DNA of 64,000 nt from Methanotrichaceae archaeon (GCA_963748825.1 CAVVKN010000009.1:128001-192000); one strand, 5' to 3'. Positions 1 to 10,292 are shown, numbered from the stretch's first letter. A program made the numbers and translations. The notes: generated by a model not told the origin, from the letters alone.

Positions 1-435
1 AAGACGGGCAAAAAGCCGAACGATATCGTTGATACTCTTTATGCCTATGACGGATGCTATGTCAAAGTTAAAGATAATGGCCGCCAGGTAATCCTGGACC
101 TGCCGGTTATGAAGAGCAAGGAGGATACTACCTGCATCTTCTACAAGGAAGGCTGCACCATCTATTCTGTGCGACCTATTGCTTGCCGGCTCTTTCCCTT
201 TCGGGTGGAAGAAGAGACAACACCCCGCGGAGACATTCTGCTCAATATCAGCTACAATCCCACCTGCCCGGGCATGGGAAAGGGAAAAAGAGTGGATAAA
301 AGGAAGCTGGAGAAGCTGGTGGTAGATCAGTTCCTGCAAAGGACAGAGGACATAACGCCCCATGTCCAGAGGCTGAAGGCTTCCGGGGCGATATCTGAAA
401 AGGCCAAGATATTCAGAACTCTGCCGGGAAGATGA
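1..435 (+). CDS. YkgJ family Zn/Fe cysteine-cluster protein (5'-truncated by window edge)
   Basis: Frame is open from base 1. Motif CIFY...CTIYSVRPIACRLFPF plus a downstream CPG. Confidence 0.8.
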   Translation, partial: KTGKKPNDIVDTLYAYDGCYVKVKDNGRQVILDLPVMKSKEDTTCIFYKEGCTIYSVRPIACRLFPFRVEEETTPRGDILLNISYNPTCPGMGKGKRVDKRKLEKLVVDQFLQRTEDITPHVQRLKASGAISEKAKIFRTLPGR

Positions 436-542
436 GCCAATAGATCTTCATTACTATAGTATGTGAACTTCCTCACCAATAAGTACTTGCCATGTACATG
501 TCGGCGGTTCATGCCTTTTCACACCCAGGCCTCCGATCGATA

Positions 543-1361
543 TCACTTCTTACGATCCTCATTTAAAGCCTCGGATATGGACCTGACCTCGGAGATCACT
601 GCCTTATTTTCATCTCTCAGGGCCTGGATCTCGGCTCTGAGATCATCTATGGTCTTTTTATTCAATACAGCCGTCTCATCGCTCTCGGCATCCCTGCCAA
701 TAAAATAACTGGCTAAGGCGGCAGTCACATAACCTGTTATTGCGAGGGAGAAGAGCCCCAGCAGGAACGCCAGGACCCTGCCCTCTGGACTATACGGCCT
801 GTAATCAGTGCTAATAGTTATCCCTATTACTGTGTACCACAGGGCGGCCCCCAAGCTATTTATATCCGGGTTGATGCCTCTCTCGAAGGCGTACATGCCG
901 GACGAGCCGGCCAGAGCCACTATCGAGGCTAAAGCCACTATGTAGCCAAAGCCCCTGCGGCCCATGGTAAATCTGAGCGATCTCATTGATCTGTTGATGG
1001 TGCCCACTATCCTGGTCAAAGCCAGCCCTCGGGCGAACCGAAGGATACGTAGAGCTTTAAAAACCCTGATCGCAGGAACTATCAGAGCTATGATCGTTAG
1101 CCAGTTAGCTTTCAGGAAAGCGATTCTTTTCGGAGCCAGTAGGAGCTCGATGAGGAAATCAGCTATGAAGATGATCCAGACGGTGCCCAGAAGGGGCTCT
1201 AGAGCAGGAGTCAGTCCCCAAACCAGATCTGCTACCAGAAGGGCAAGCCATGCGAATCCCAGTATTGCCATAGGGAGATTTAGGAACTCCTCCAGTTGCT
1301 GAAGCAATTCATAGCGATTTCGGTTGAATTCCTCCTGCTGCTTTGCACTGAGATCCTTCAA
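543..1361 (-). CDS. Ion transporter / voltage-gated potassium-channel-like protein
   Basis: Multiple TM helices, Arg-rich S4-like segment (IRVFKALRILRFAR), pore helix ALWY followed by P.SPEGR, C-terminal coiled coil. Confidence 0.75.
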   Translation of the reverse strand: MKDLSAKQQEEFNRNRYELLQQLEEFLNLPMAILGFAWLALLVADLVWGLTPALEPLLGTVWIIFIADFLIELLLAPKRIAFLKANWLTIIALIVPAIRVFKALRILRFARGLALTRIVGTINRSMRSLRFTMGRRGFGYIVALASIVALAGSSGMYAFERGINPDINSLGAALWYTVIGITISTDYRPYSPEGRVLAFLLGLFSLAITGYVTAALASYFIGRDAESDETAVLNKKTIDDLRAEIQALRDENKAVISEVRSISEALNEDRKK

Positions 1362-1503
1362 TCAACACACCTCGATGTGGTATATGATAATAATCTTATT
1401 TCCTTTTTTGAGCTTGCGATCTGAAAAACCTTTCAAAAGGCTTGCCATGCCTTCCTGGCGGATCATAGTTTAAGTATTTTAAGGTCTCCAAAGGATATTA
1501 TTA

Positions 1504-2170
1504 TTAGTATGCCAATAATAATGCCCAGCCCACAATAGTTAGCACAGTACCCAAAGCCAGCGAATAGTAGCCTGCCCCTAGCAGCAATCCAAAAACGACT
1601 AAGGGCAGCATGAGAGCAACCGCCACTGCGACACCGATAAGGACGGCAGGAATGGCTGAGGTAAAGGATAAAGCTCCTGCTGCGCCGGAAGCCAATTCCA
1701 GGACGACGTCCATTAGCCCTAAACTGGTTCGGGATGATATCTCCTGCAAAGAAGGATCTACCGGTAGTAAGAAGCCAAGGGTAACAGATAGAACTATGGC
1801 AATCGAAATGCCCAAAAAGATGGTTTTAAGGGGGCTCTTAGCCACCGGCAGATCTCCAAAAGCTGTCGCCAAAGATAGGGAAACATTGGGGGGTTAGCAT
1901 AGGAGCTATAACCATAGCCCCAATTATCACCGCCACGCTATTATTCAGGACTCCAATTGCTGCAACAATTGAAGAGAGGATTATCATAAAAGAATAAAAA
2001 TTCGTAATCTTGGCTCCCTTCTCTAACTCATCATACTGAGAACGCTTCCTCCATCAGGTCGAGCAGGTTTTGGCTTCCCTCTGCCAGCACCAGCATCCTG
2101 ATAAGAATTTTATCGGTCGAAAAGCGGGTCTTCCAGTCACCCTGTACCGGAATCCTCCAGAAGCCTACCG
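1504..2170 (-). pseudogene. TIGR00341/DUF389 family membrane protein, disrupted
   Basis: ORF 1504-1872 has LASGAAGALS...GVAVAVALM. Other frames upstream encode IILSSIVAAIGVLNNSVAVIIGAMVIAPML and KILIRMLVLAEGSQNLLDLMEEAFS. Frameshifts and deletions are present. Confidence 0.75.
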
Positions 2171-2349
2171 CCGGCTGAATTGTTAATTGTTAAATCGCTA
2201 AATCGAGCACTTCTTTTCTACCGCTTATTAACTCTTCCACTGCGTGTTGCTTATTTTTTGGGAGATTAATCTCTATCAGACGAAGTGTCATGATTTTATC
2301 CTTTAACAAATATTTGATGTCATTTTACTTCAACATTGCCATGTCTTGA

Positions 2350-2633
2350 ACTACTGCTATGAAAGGGGAAGAAAACTTGAGCTAACAGCCACATGAACCA
2401 TTATTACCTTGCGTCTCTTGTGGCCATTGTAGTTTGCGACTCGCCATCTTTTTAGAATCGATGAGGTTGCTATCGACAGCTATGGTTTCCATGCTGAATT
2501 TACCGGACGCATAACCCTCTGGAGTGCGGAAAGGACTTGCCCCAAATACCCCTTTTCTTCTAACGATAGACTGCGATGAAAGATGCGACTTGATAAATTC
2601 CCATTGCTCATCGCTTAATTCAGCAAATCTCAT
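2350..2633 (-). mobile_element. IS5-family transposase remnant
   Basis: N-terminus MRFAELSDEQWEFIKSHL, DDE-region IAVDS, and YNGHKRRKVIMVHVAVSSSFLPL in a shifted frame. Internally deleted and frameshifted. Confidence 0.7.
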
Positions 2634-2800
2634 TACTACCCCTTCGAATAGTAATAAGAAGGAGTTATTTTGAGATGAGTTCCCTGGCAATAGCTCCCAG
2701 TTGAAGGCTGCGAGGTATTCGAGTAAAGAAAATAGATTCTTTTGAATTAATAAATTAAAAAATTGTATATTATTTATTAAATTCTAATTCCTATAGTACC

Positions 2801-2941
2801 ATGACCCGATGGGAGGAGAGGCGCGCCTATTCAGAGCCCAAGGCACAGATAGACGAAATCCTATGCAAGATGTCCAGTCAGAGCTGCAACCATGAACACT
2901 ACTGCAGATACAAGGACGGTGTAAAAGCCGGCATCCTCTGA
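2801..2941 (+). CDS. Putative 46-aa small Cys/His protein
   Basis: ATG-TGA ORF MTRWEERRAYSEPKAQIDEILCKMSSQSCNHEHYCRYKDGVKAGIL directly after an AT-rich TATA-like tract. Confidence 0.35.
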   Translation: MTRWEERRAYSEPKAQIDEILCKMSSQSCNHEHYCRYKDGVKAGIL

Positions 2942-3208
2942 TGTGATCGATCCTGCAACTTGGATATCGTTTCCCTCTAAGGGCGGAGCGTTATGTATGA
3001 AGGCAGACATATTCATTTCCTGTACGTCAGAATCCCTCCCTATTTCTTGAAGGCCCGTCGTACAAATACCAAAGTAAGCATTCCATTTATTTATACCTTT
3101 CGAGAAATGGTTAAATTATCTGCATTGAATTTGAGTTATTGAACCAATATGCCCAGATATTTTCCATTTTAAGGTAAATGATCATTTAGTAATTTGGCAA
3201 TTTCGTTG

Positions 3209-3251
3209 AATACCTTTTTTACCATTTTCATTAAATACCTTTTTTACCATT
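3209..3251. repeat. Perfect 18-bp direct repeat AATACCTTTTTTACCATT x2, 25-bp period
   Basis: Copies at 3209-3226 and 3234-3251. Confidence 0.85.
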
Positions 3252-3369
3252 GAAAGAAAAAGATGACATGGATCTCTCCATAACGAATCATGCAGCAAAA
3301 AGTTTATCATGGTCGGGCTCCAAAGAACTTTTGGCTTAATCTGCCCAAATTCCAGGGAGGTGAAAAGAG

Positions 3370-3477
3370 ATGGATATCATGTCTCAGATATATGCTTTAG
3401 TTATATTTGGCATTCTTGTTGTAGCCCTGCCCATGTTCCTGAACAAGTGGTCGGATAGCAGGTCAGGCGTAAGATAG
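3370..3477 (+). CDS. Putative 35-aa single-TM small protein
   Basis: Strong SD GGAGGTGA upstream. MDIMSQIYALVIFGILVVALPMFLNKWSDSRSGVR. Followed by a T-tract and a hairpin. Confidence 0.6.
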   Translation: MDIMSQIYALVIFGILVVALPMFLNKWSDSRSGVR

Positions 3478-3488
3478 ATCATAGTAAG

Positions 3489-3521
3489 TTTCCTTTTTTC
3501 GGTCCTGGCTGAAGCCAGGAC
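3489..3521 (+). terminator. T-rich tract plus perfect 9-bp inverted repeat GTCCTGGCT-GA-AGCCAGGAC
   Basis: Lies directly downstream of the 35-aa ORF. Confidence 0.5.
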
Positions 3522-3735
3522 TATAATATCATTAATTTGTATTTTCTTATTGTAATGAGGATACTTTGCTTACCTCTTCATTTAGCTGCCTTGTGGCCTT
3601 GCCTTTTTGCCTTAAAAATATTCGGCCCAGTCTTCAGCTCTCGTACCTCTTCGGAGCAATTCCGAATTTCCGCTCTTCCATAGTCTTTTATACTGACGAA
3701 GGAAGACCAAAAGATAAAAAAGGCCCGGCGAGCAA

Positions 3736-4185
3736 ATGCCCAGCGTCAAATATACCAGAATAGAAATAACCCAAGAAGCATACTTGGCTTTAGAGGCAGA
3801 AGCCATTCTCCAAGGGAAGACCTTGAAGAAACTGGCGTCAGAAATGATATTGAAAGGGGCTTCTAAGAAGGCTCTAAATTTTGTCCAGGAATCTAACGTT
3901 TCAATAGAAGCCGACTTGAATTTTAGCAGAGATAAACTATCCAGAGTGATAAACGATATCGGAACAACAAAGATAAGCATCGACGAGAGCGTTATGGAGA
4001 ACGTCCAGAAGAGCCTGGTTGATGAAGGTTATCAAGGAGCAATGTTATATGTGGCTCAACATACAGCATCAATGCAACGCGATGAACTCTTTCGGATATT
4101 GACAACCTGTCAGCTCAATAAAGTGCCTTCGGCGATGGCTGTGGAGATCATTAAGAGTCTGAAGAGAATGCAGGACGGAAAATAG
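3736..4185 (+). CDS. Hypothetical protein with possible N-terminal ribbon-helix-helix DNA-binding domain
   Basis: 149-aa ORF. YTRIEITQEAYLALEAEAILQGKTLKKLASEMIL resembles the RHH pattern. Confidence 0.6.
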   Translation: MPSVKYTRIEITQEAYLALEAEAILQGKTLKKLASEMILKGASKKALNFVQESNVSIEADLNFSRDKLSRVINDIGTTKISIDESVMENVQKSLVDEGYQGAMLYVAQHTASMQRDELFRILTTCQLNKVPSAMAVEIIKSLKRMQDGK

Positions 4186-4265
4186 ACATCATCAAGTGAA
4201 TCCTGAAAATAATAATATGCACGCAGGATATGTTGTGATTTGACTTTTTGGCTTCGAGACGTCTC

Positions 4266-4520
4266 TCATCTCATTTTGCATTTCTTATTGTAATGCGGGC
4301 ATTTGGTATTGGTGCAGACGTTCTCCTTCGCAGCCTCCGTAAGCACCATCTGCATCATATCAAGTCGGTCGATCAACGAAGCATTTGCAGATGCAGCTTC
4401 CGCCTCTGAAAGAGCTTTTGAAACTTTTTGTAGCATATTATGAGCTAGCATTTTTTCTTTGCGAGAAAGCGCAAACTCAGCCTCAAGCTTTGCAAGATCC
4501 ACTTCATTCACAAGCCCCAT
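4266..4520 (-). CDS. Hypothetical protein with C-terminal Cys/His cluster
   Basis: Co-oriented downstream of marker 12. Ends CTNTKCPHYNKKCKMR. Confidence 0.65.
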   Translation of the reverse strand: MGLVNEVDLAKLEAEFALSRKEKMLAHNMLQKVSKALSEAEAASANASLIDRLDMMQMVLTEAAKENVCTNTKCPHYNKKCKMR

Positions 4521-4546
4521 AAGCACTCCCTTTTCGAAAACCCAAT

Positions 4547-5482
4547 TTACATGTCCACTTCCAGTCCCAGAATGCTCTTTGAGCCGCTAAATACGTCTTT
4601 GGCGATCCAGGCGCAGCCCTGTGCTGCCGCGCATCCGTCCAGAGGCTGTACCTCCCGGCCCAGGAGCTCGGATACGCGCCTGCACAGCTTTGCGGCGGGG
4701 CTTCCCGCCAGGAATATATCGGGATTTGGCTCGCCCCGGTCGCGACAGAGGACGAGGAGGGCATTGATCTCCATGGCCGCGAATAATGACAGCGATTCGA
4801 GGGCCAGACTCTTCTCCTCCGGCAGGCATTCCTCCAGGCTTGATCTTCCCATTTTGGAGAGAATGCCGCTGCAATTAAAGGCCTGGTTCGCCGTCATCTT
4901 CCCGGAGTCGACATCTCTTATGGCCTGCACGTCTAGGGGACCCTGCATCAACCCGGGGGCAAAGATGGGCGCATCAATGGCCCCGATGATCTTTCCCTGC
5001 AGCACGGCAAATGTTACGGTGTTGGAGCTGGCATCGCACACAATGAAGCTTTGGCTTTTGCCCCTAAAGACACCATAGGCCAGTCCCACCTTTTCCGGGC
5101 TCATGCCATGGGAGAATACCTTCAGCCTGGGATCGATATCGCTGCCGCGATGAATGCCGGGCAGAAGAATGGACGGCCAGCCCGAGGCTTGGATGGCCTC
5201 AAAGACACGGGTACCGCCGCCCACATGCAGCCCCGCTCCATCCTGCTGGACCAGGCCGCGATTAGGTGCATCTTCCAGCCCCACAATCCGGGTTAAGCCG
5301 TCGCCCATGGAGTAGCTGAGGGCTACCAGGTCGACGATGCCTTGGCCCAAATTCTGAGCAATCCGCAGGACTATCTCTTCGGCAGAAAGATGGCTGGCCT
5401 CTTGCCTGGCAAGGTTCCAGCAGCGCCCCTCCGGGGTGGCAAATCTTATGGCAGTGGTTCCGTGGTCTACTCCTATGAACAT
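4547..5482 (-). CDS. Methanogenesis marker protein 12 (UPF0285)
   Basis: MFIGVDHGTTAIRF, YSMGDG, GAG..VGGGTRVF, SH..SPEK, D.SSNTVT motifs. Confidence 0.9.
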   Translation of the reverse strand: MFIGVDHGTTAIRFATPEGRCWNLARQEASHLSAEEIVLRIAQNLGQGIVDLVALSYSMGDGLTRIVGLEDAPNRGLVQQDGAGLHVGGGTRVFEAIQASGWPSILLPGIHRGSDIDPRLKVFSHGMSPEKVGLAYGVFRGKSQSFIVCDASSNTVTFAVLQGKIIGAIDAPIFAPGLMQGPLDVQAIRDVDSGKMTANQAFNCSGILSKMGRSSLEECLPEEKSLALESLSLFAAMEINALLVLCRDRGEPNPDIFLAGSPAAKLCRRVSELLGREVQPLDGCAAAQGCAWIAKDVFSGSKSILGLEVDM

Positions 5483-6366
5483 GAGATAAGCTCCAGAAGC
5501 TCTTTTGCCACCTTACGGCTCTCTCTTCTCGTCCTCATGAGCGTGCTCATGCGCCGGCACTCTCCCTGGTAGCTGCTCTTTTTGTCCACTATGAAGAGGT
5601 CCACCTTACCAAGCATTGATCGCACGCCTTCATCGCTGGCGGGAACGCCCGAGGCCACCATGAATTTGGCAGCAGGGCCGCTCACCGGCTTATTCCCGAT
5701 GAATGGACTCATGGCCACCACCTTTTTTCCCTGCAGCCGCTCGCGCACGCCCTGCAGAGCCAAAATAGGGCCGATACTGGTGACAGGATTGCTGGGACCG
5801 ATGAGAATAGTGTCTTCCTTTTCCAGCAGATCCAAGAAAGCCTGGCAGGGAAGGGCGGCATCCAGACCCGCAAAAAAGAGGTCGCGAACCTCCGGCAATC
5901 CCTGGCGCCCTACCCAGAATTCCTGAAAGTGCATCACTCCTTCCGGAGTAGAAACGACTGTAGAAACAATGTCATCCGTCATGGGAACGACCCGCTGCTC
6001 CACCCCCAGCGATTCGGCCAGAGCTTGCGACGCATGGCTGAGTTTGACGCCCCGGCGAAGCAGCTCGGAGCGAAAGATATGGACAGCTCGATCCTTGTCC
6101 CCTACCTGTAGCTTCTCTTGAATGCCCATCGCGATCAGAAAGTCGTGGGTCAGAGTCTTGTCGCCCTTTATGCCCCACATTCTCTTCTCGTCGATCATAT
6201 CTGCCAGGGTGTAAAGTACAGAATCGATATCGGGAGATATATAGTTCCCGGAGATCCACAGGTCCTCCGCCGTGTTTACTACTACGGAGAGCTCCTCTGG
6301 CCTCAAAAGCTCCTTTAGGCCCAGAAGAAGCTTGGGCGTGCCCGTGCCACCGCTTAAGACCAGCAT
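5473..6366 (-). CDS. cofD: 2-phospho-L-lactate transferase (F420 biosynthesis)
   Basis: LSGGTGTPKLL, VNTAED, SPDIDSVLYTLA, HFQEFWV, GPSNPVTSIGPIL, VSGPAAK. Confidence 0.95.
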   Translation of the reverse strand: MLVLSGGTGTPKLLLGLKELLRPEELSVVVNTAEDLWISGNYISPDIDSVLYTLADMIDEKRMWGIKGDKTLTHDFLIAMGIQEKLQVGDKDRAVHIFRSELLRRGVKLSHASQALAESLGVEQRVVPMTDDIVSTVVSTPEGVMHFQEFWVGRQGLPEVRDLFFAGLDAALPCQAFLDLLEKEDTILIGPSNPVTSIGPILALQGVRERLQGKKVVAMSPFIGNKPVSGPAAKFMVASGVPASDEGVRSMLGKVDLFIVDKKSSYQGECRRMSTLMRTRRESRKVAKELLELISCS

Positions 6367-6382
6367 CTTAAGACCAGCATTT

Positions 6383-6952
6383 TCAGACGTCCACGATAAT
6401 CATGCCCGTTTTGAGATGAGCCGCATCTTCATCCGGAAGAGTTGATTTTACGGCTTTTTCATAGTCAATTGCGCTGTTGCCCAGGGGATCCTCGAGAATG
6501 ATAGTCAGAGGAAACTGGCCGACTCTGGCATGGTTGATCTTCTCTAGGATCTCTTCGCCCTTCCTGATGCTTTCCGGGCTTTGTGCCTCTCGCGCCGAGC
6601 GCGTGGCAAAGCCCACCACGCCCTCGATCCTTTCAAGGACACCTTCCACATTGGATATATACGACTCCGAGGCAAATCCCGGCTCGATGTCCACGCCAAG
6701 CTCCGGGATGCGCAGGGTGCCGCTTGAAGAACGAATCACTCTTGCGTCCAGATCTTCAATGCTCGTCACCTGCAGAGTGAAGCGCACCGGCTCTTTTTGC
6801 GTTAAGAGAATGGTATCGCTGTGCCTAAAGCCGCAGTCACAAATCCCGGCAATGACCATGGCCTCTCCGAAATGGGGTATGTCTACTGTCTCCCAGCAAA
6901 AATCCATCTGGACTGAGCATACGGGACAGGGCGCGTTTGTAGTTAGATTCAA
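6383..6952 (-). CDS. ZPR1 zinc-finger domain protein
   Basis: CPVC...IPHFGE...CDCGFR, RSSSGT..IPELG, NVEGVL, DPLGNS. Confidence 0.92.
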   Translation of the reverse strand: MNLTTNAPCPVCSVQMDFCWETVDIPHFGEAMVIAGICDCGFRHSDTILLTQKEPVRFTLQVTSIEDLDARVIRSSSGTLRIPELGVDIEPGFASESYISNVEGVLERIEGVVGFATRSAREAQSPESIRKGEEILEKINHARVGQFPLTIILEDPLGNSAIDYEKAVKSTLPDEDAAHLKTGMIIVDV

Positions 6953-7314
6953 TCTTTGCTCCCGACAACCTTCTCACGGTCAATCTTTATGCCATTGGGC
7001 ACTAAAACTATGAGATCATCGCCAATTCCAGCTATATCTCCGGAGACATCTTCGACTGCCTTTTTCAGTTCACCAATGGCCCTGTCTAAAGCAGCTTTAT
7101 CCCGCTTCAGCCCAGCGATATCCACCAGGACAATATTGCCGGCATAAATCTCCTGCTTAATCTCGGGCAGAACCTCTACCCGTCCCAGCTCCGCTACCCT
7201 TAAGATTATCTCCGGGGAGCCGCTCCCTTGCTCAAACTGACCCAGATCAACCTCAGAGTAATCCTGCGCCTTAGACTTTCCTATGAGCTTGAGCTTTTCC
7301 ATAAATCCAGCCAT
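6949..7314 (-). CDS. sepF: Cell division protein SepF
   Basis: EIYAGNIVLVDI...GDIAGIG...VP.GIKIDR. The sepF-ZPR1 adjacency is conserved in euryarchaea. Confidence 0.85.
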   Translation of the reverse strand: MAGFMEKLKLIGKSKAQDYSEVDLGQFEQGSGSPEIILRVAELGRVEVLPEIKQEIYAGNIVLVDIAGLKRDKAALDRAIGELKKAVEDVSGDIAGIGDDLIVLVPNGIKIDREKVVGSKD

Positions 7315-7365
7315 CTAAAAACCCCGCTAAGGAAATGTGTATTATTATATTTATATTTAACGCTG

Positions 7366-7560
7366 TTACATATCCACGAGTTTTAATCCTACAAAGCCCA
7401 TAGCCACCATGAAGAGCAGGACGATCAGAGCAAAGCTCGAAGATCTCAACTCTGCGGGAAGGGCTATTTGTGCCCCTAAAATAAGCACAATCATCAGAAA
7501 TACGAGGCCGGTACTCAAGCCAATCTCAAGCCAATTCTTCTTCACAAGTGTACTGTCCAC
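7366..7560 (-). CDS. Small two-TM hypothetical protein
   Basis: 64 aa, two hydrophobic helices, tightly packed behind cofG. Confidence 0.65.
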   Translation of the reverse strand: MDSTLVKKNWLEIGLSTGLVFLMIVLILGAQIALPAELRSSSFALIVLLFMVAMGFVGLKLVDM

Positions 7561-7566
7561 CTCGCC

Positions 7567-8556
7567 TTAGAAGATATACTTTTTCGCCCGAAGGCCGTCC
7601 TCGCCTACCAGGGAACAGACCAGCGACCGGGTTTTGCTGCCATACCAGCCCATAGCAATAAAACGGGGATAAACGGGCAACCTCTCTCTCAGGCTATAAT
7701 CAGATAGGCTCTTATGAAGGTCCACTTCATCCGGCCAGGGCCGATCAGGATTTATGCCGTCCACAGTGATAGCGCTGATTCCCCCCAGATCGGTTGCACC
7801 GGCTCTGAGCAAAGGACGCGGGTCCACCAGGTTGGGAGGAACCTGGATGGCCACCTCAGGCGGAAGGATCTCGCGCGCCGCTTCTACCGTCCGGCAGAGA
7901 TCCATTATCGTTGGCCGGGGTGCATTCTCAAGAGCTGTTCCTGATTTAGGATCCAGCGGCTGGATGATGACCTCCTGAATATGACCGAAGACGCTATGCA
8001 GATGGGCAATCTTGCTGAGCGCTTCTACCCGGTCCTGCCAGCTTTCACCTATGCCAACCATTATGCCTGTGGTGAAAGGAATACGAAGTCTTCCGGCCAT
8101 GGCCATGTACTGCAACCTTAAATCCGGCCTCTTTCCCGGCGACTTTGCATGCGCATCCAGCTGGGCAGTCGTCTCCAGCATCAGTCCCATGGAAGCGTTA
8201 TACGGCTGCAAGCGCTGCAGATCTTCTTGCCCCAGCAGGCCGGCATTAGTATGGGGCAGCAGTCCAAACTCAAGGGCAAGCTCGCATAGCTCCACTAAAT
8301 AGTCCAATAAATCCGCGACGCCAGCATTGGCCAGGATGCCATCAAAGCCCGAGACGGTCCAGGGGCTCTCTCCCATAGTAAAAAGCGCCTCGCTGCAGCC
8401 CGCGTTAAAGCCCTGTTCCAGCAGCAAAAGCGCTCTGGATCTGGAAATCAAATGGGCGTCTTTCAGTTCCTTTCGAAAAGAGCAGTAGCCGCAGCGATTC
8501 CTACAGAGGTCCGTCACTGGAAGAAAAATATTTTTGGAGTAGGTGAGAGTTTTCAT
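7567..8556 (-). CDS. cofG: 7,8-didemethyl-8-hydroxy-5-deazariboflavin synthase subunit CofG
   Basis: [21 protein letters not shown] radical SAM motif, [29 protein letters not shown]. Confidence 0.95.
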   Translation of the reverse strand: MKTLTYSKNIFLPVTDLCRNRCGYCSFRKELKDAHLISRSRALLLLEQGFNAGCSEALFTMGESPWTVSGFDGILANAGVADLLDYLVELCELALEFGLLPHTNAGLLGQEDLQRLQPYNASMGLMLETTAQLDAHAKSPGKRPDLRLQYMAMAGRLRIPFTTGIMVGIGESWQDRVEALSKIAHLHSVFGHIQEVIIQPLDPKSGTALENAPRPTIMDLCRTVEAAREILPPEVAIQVPPNLVDPRPLLRAGATDLGGISAITVDGINPDRPWPDEVDLHKSLSDYSLRERLPVYPRFIAMGWYGSKTRSLVCSLVGEDGLRAKKYIF

Positions 8557-8570
8557 CTTAGATTCTTTAT

Positions 8571-9020
8571 CTAGCGACGAAACTCCACCAGCTTCAAGAC
8601 ATTTCCAAGCGGGCAGTCCTCGGGAGCCTCGCCCACTATATCCACAATAGTGCATCTTTCGCCATCCTTCAGTCCCGATGGGTGGCACATATCATACATG
8701 CTGCATTCAGGATCATCGCATTTCATGGCTTCAAAGACGATCTTGGAACCAGGAAATGCTTTTCTGGCGTCAAAGGCCGCGATTATGGGGCTCTCCGCCA
8801 CCTCAACCGCCCGCACACCAGCCTCGTGAATTGGGCAATCATGAACCAGCTCCCCACGGGTCCCCAATATCCTATAGCGCCTGCTCGGCTCCAGGTTGAT
8901 GCACGTGTTTCTAAGCTTACAGGTCTCGCATTCCGGTGTGGGGCCCACGAATGTGAACTCCAGGCCAATGCTGGCAAGTTTCGTTCCAATCAGCGTAATT
9001 TGTGTAGATGCCTCGGACAT
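8571..9020 (-). CDS. UPF0179 family protein
   Basis: ITLIG..LA..G.EF...G..ECETCKL..C.NL...CPIHE pattern. Confidence 0.88.
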   Translation of the reverse strand: MSEASTQITLIGTKLASIGLEFTFVGPTPECETCKLRNTCINLEPSRRYRILGTRGELVHDCPIHEAGVRAVEVAESPIIAAFDARKAFPGSKIVFEAMKCDDPECSMYDMCHPSGLKDGERCTIVDIVGEAPEDCPLGNVLKLVEFRR

Positions 9021-9179
9021 AGTTCATTCTCCTTTTTATATTATTATTATTTTCAATTATTTTTTTAATTATTACTGATTTTATATCCAAATATTATATC
9101 CAAATCGTTTTACCAATTTTATTAGTTCATGTTGAGCATATTAATTCATTATTATTTTAGTTAATCTTTTGACATAATT

Positions 9180-10238
9180 TCAGATTATTCCTGTAGCTTC
9201 AGCCGCTTTGGTCGCCGCCATTCTATTCAGGCCTGAATCCAGGATGGTATAGCGTTCCGGTCGAATCTCGTGGGCACTGACCAGAGCAGAGATTACGCTA
9301 TCTGCATCCAAACCCGCTTCTGCCGCAGATGTGGGAGCGCCGACCAATTCCAAAGCCCTTTTTATCATCTTCCAATCCCCGCCATGCAAATACATCATCA
9401 TGATGGTGCCAAGACCGCAAAGCTCGCCATGCAGAGCCCTTCCCGGAGCAATTTTGTTCATGGCATGAGCGAACTTGTGCTCCGAGCCGCTGGCAGGGCG
9501 GGATGATCCGGCTATGCTCATGGCCACTCCGCTGGAGATCAGTGCTTTGATTACTATCCGGGCCGATTCCTCCACGCCCGGCCGAATATCTGGCGCAAGC
9601 TCAACGATCATGCGCGCCGTCATGCCCGAGAGGGCAGCGGCGTATTCACTGTAATCCTCATTTCGCAGGCGATGGGCCAGTTGCCAGTCCAAGATGGCAG
9701 TGTAGTTGGAGATGATGTCGCCGCATCCGGCGGCCAGTAGTCTCGCCGGAGCCTGGGATATTATCTTGCTGTCGGCGATTATGGCCAGAGGAGATTGCGC
9801 TTTAATGGAAGTCGTCTCCCCGTTGACCGTCAAAGACGCCTGAGAGGAGCAGATGCCGTCATGCGAAGCGGCCGTGGGCACAGACAGAAAAGGCACACAA
9901 AGCCCTAGCGATGCGAGCTTGGCAATGTCTATCGATCTGCCGCCACCTGCACCGATAAGAAAGCCTGCTCCATTCTCCCGCGCCAAACGTTCTGCGCGAT
10001 CTACCTCTTCCAACTTGGAGGCGCTGCAAATGAGGGTCTCGGGCTCGTAGCCGCGTTCATCCAAGAGCTCAAAGATGGCCTTTCCCATCACATCCTGGGT
10101 ACGCGGACCAGTGATGATAAGAGCACGCCCTTTGAGGTGCAGACTGGTGCAGATCTCGGATAGCTCCAGTATCACGCCACTACCTACCGCTACGATGCGC
10201 GGGAGTTCCATCCACCTTGATCCGACCAACCATCTCAC
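9180..10238 (-). CDS. egsA: NAD(P)-dependent glycerol-1-phosphate dehydrogenase
   Basis: GGGRSIDIAK, PTAASHDG, SRPASGSEHKFAH, HGE, RPERYTIL. Confidence 0.95.
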   Translation of the reverse strand: MRWLVGSRWMELPRIVAVGSGVILELSEICTSLHLKGRALIITGPRTQDVMGKAIFELLDERGYEPETLICSASKLEEVDRAERLARENGAGFLIGAGGGRSIDIAKLASLGLCVPFLSVPTAASHDGICSSQASLTVNGETTSIKAQSPLAIIADSKIISQAPARLLAAGCGDIISNYTAILDWQLAHRLRNEDYSEYAAALSGMTARMIVELAPDIRPGVEESARIVIKALISSGVAMSIAGSSRPASGSEHKFAHAMNKIAPGRALHGELCGLGTIMMMYLHGGDWKMIKRALELVGAPTSAAEAGLDADSVISALVSAHEIRPERYTILDSGLNRMAATKAAEATGII

Positions 10239-10292
10239 CAGCGAAAAAACAGGCTAAGATGTAATGGTCTATGGCGATATAAAATCATATCC

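Noticed and set aside
8557-8688. N-terminal extension of cofG
   Set aside because: It overlaps the UPF0179 gene. Homology begins at MKTLTYS.
9081-9105. 12-bp direct repeat TTATATCCAAAT
   Set aside because: It sits in a very AT-rich intergenic tract and is likely slippage with no evidence of function.
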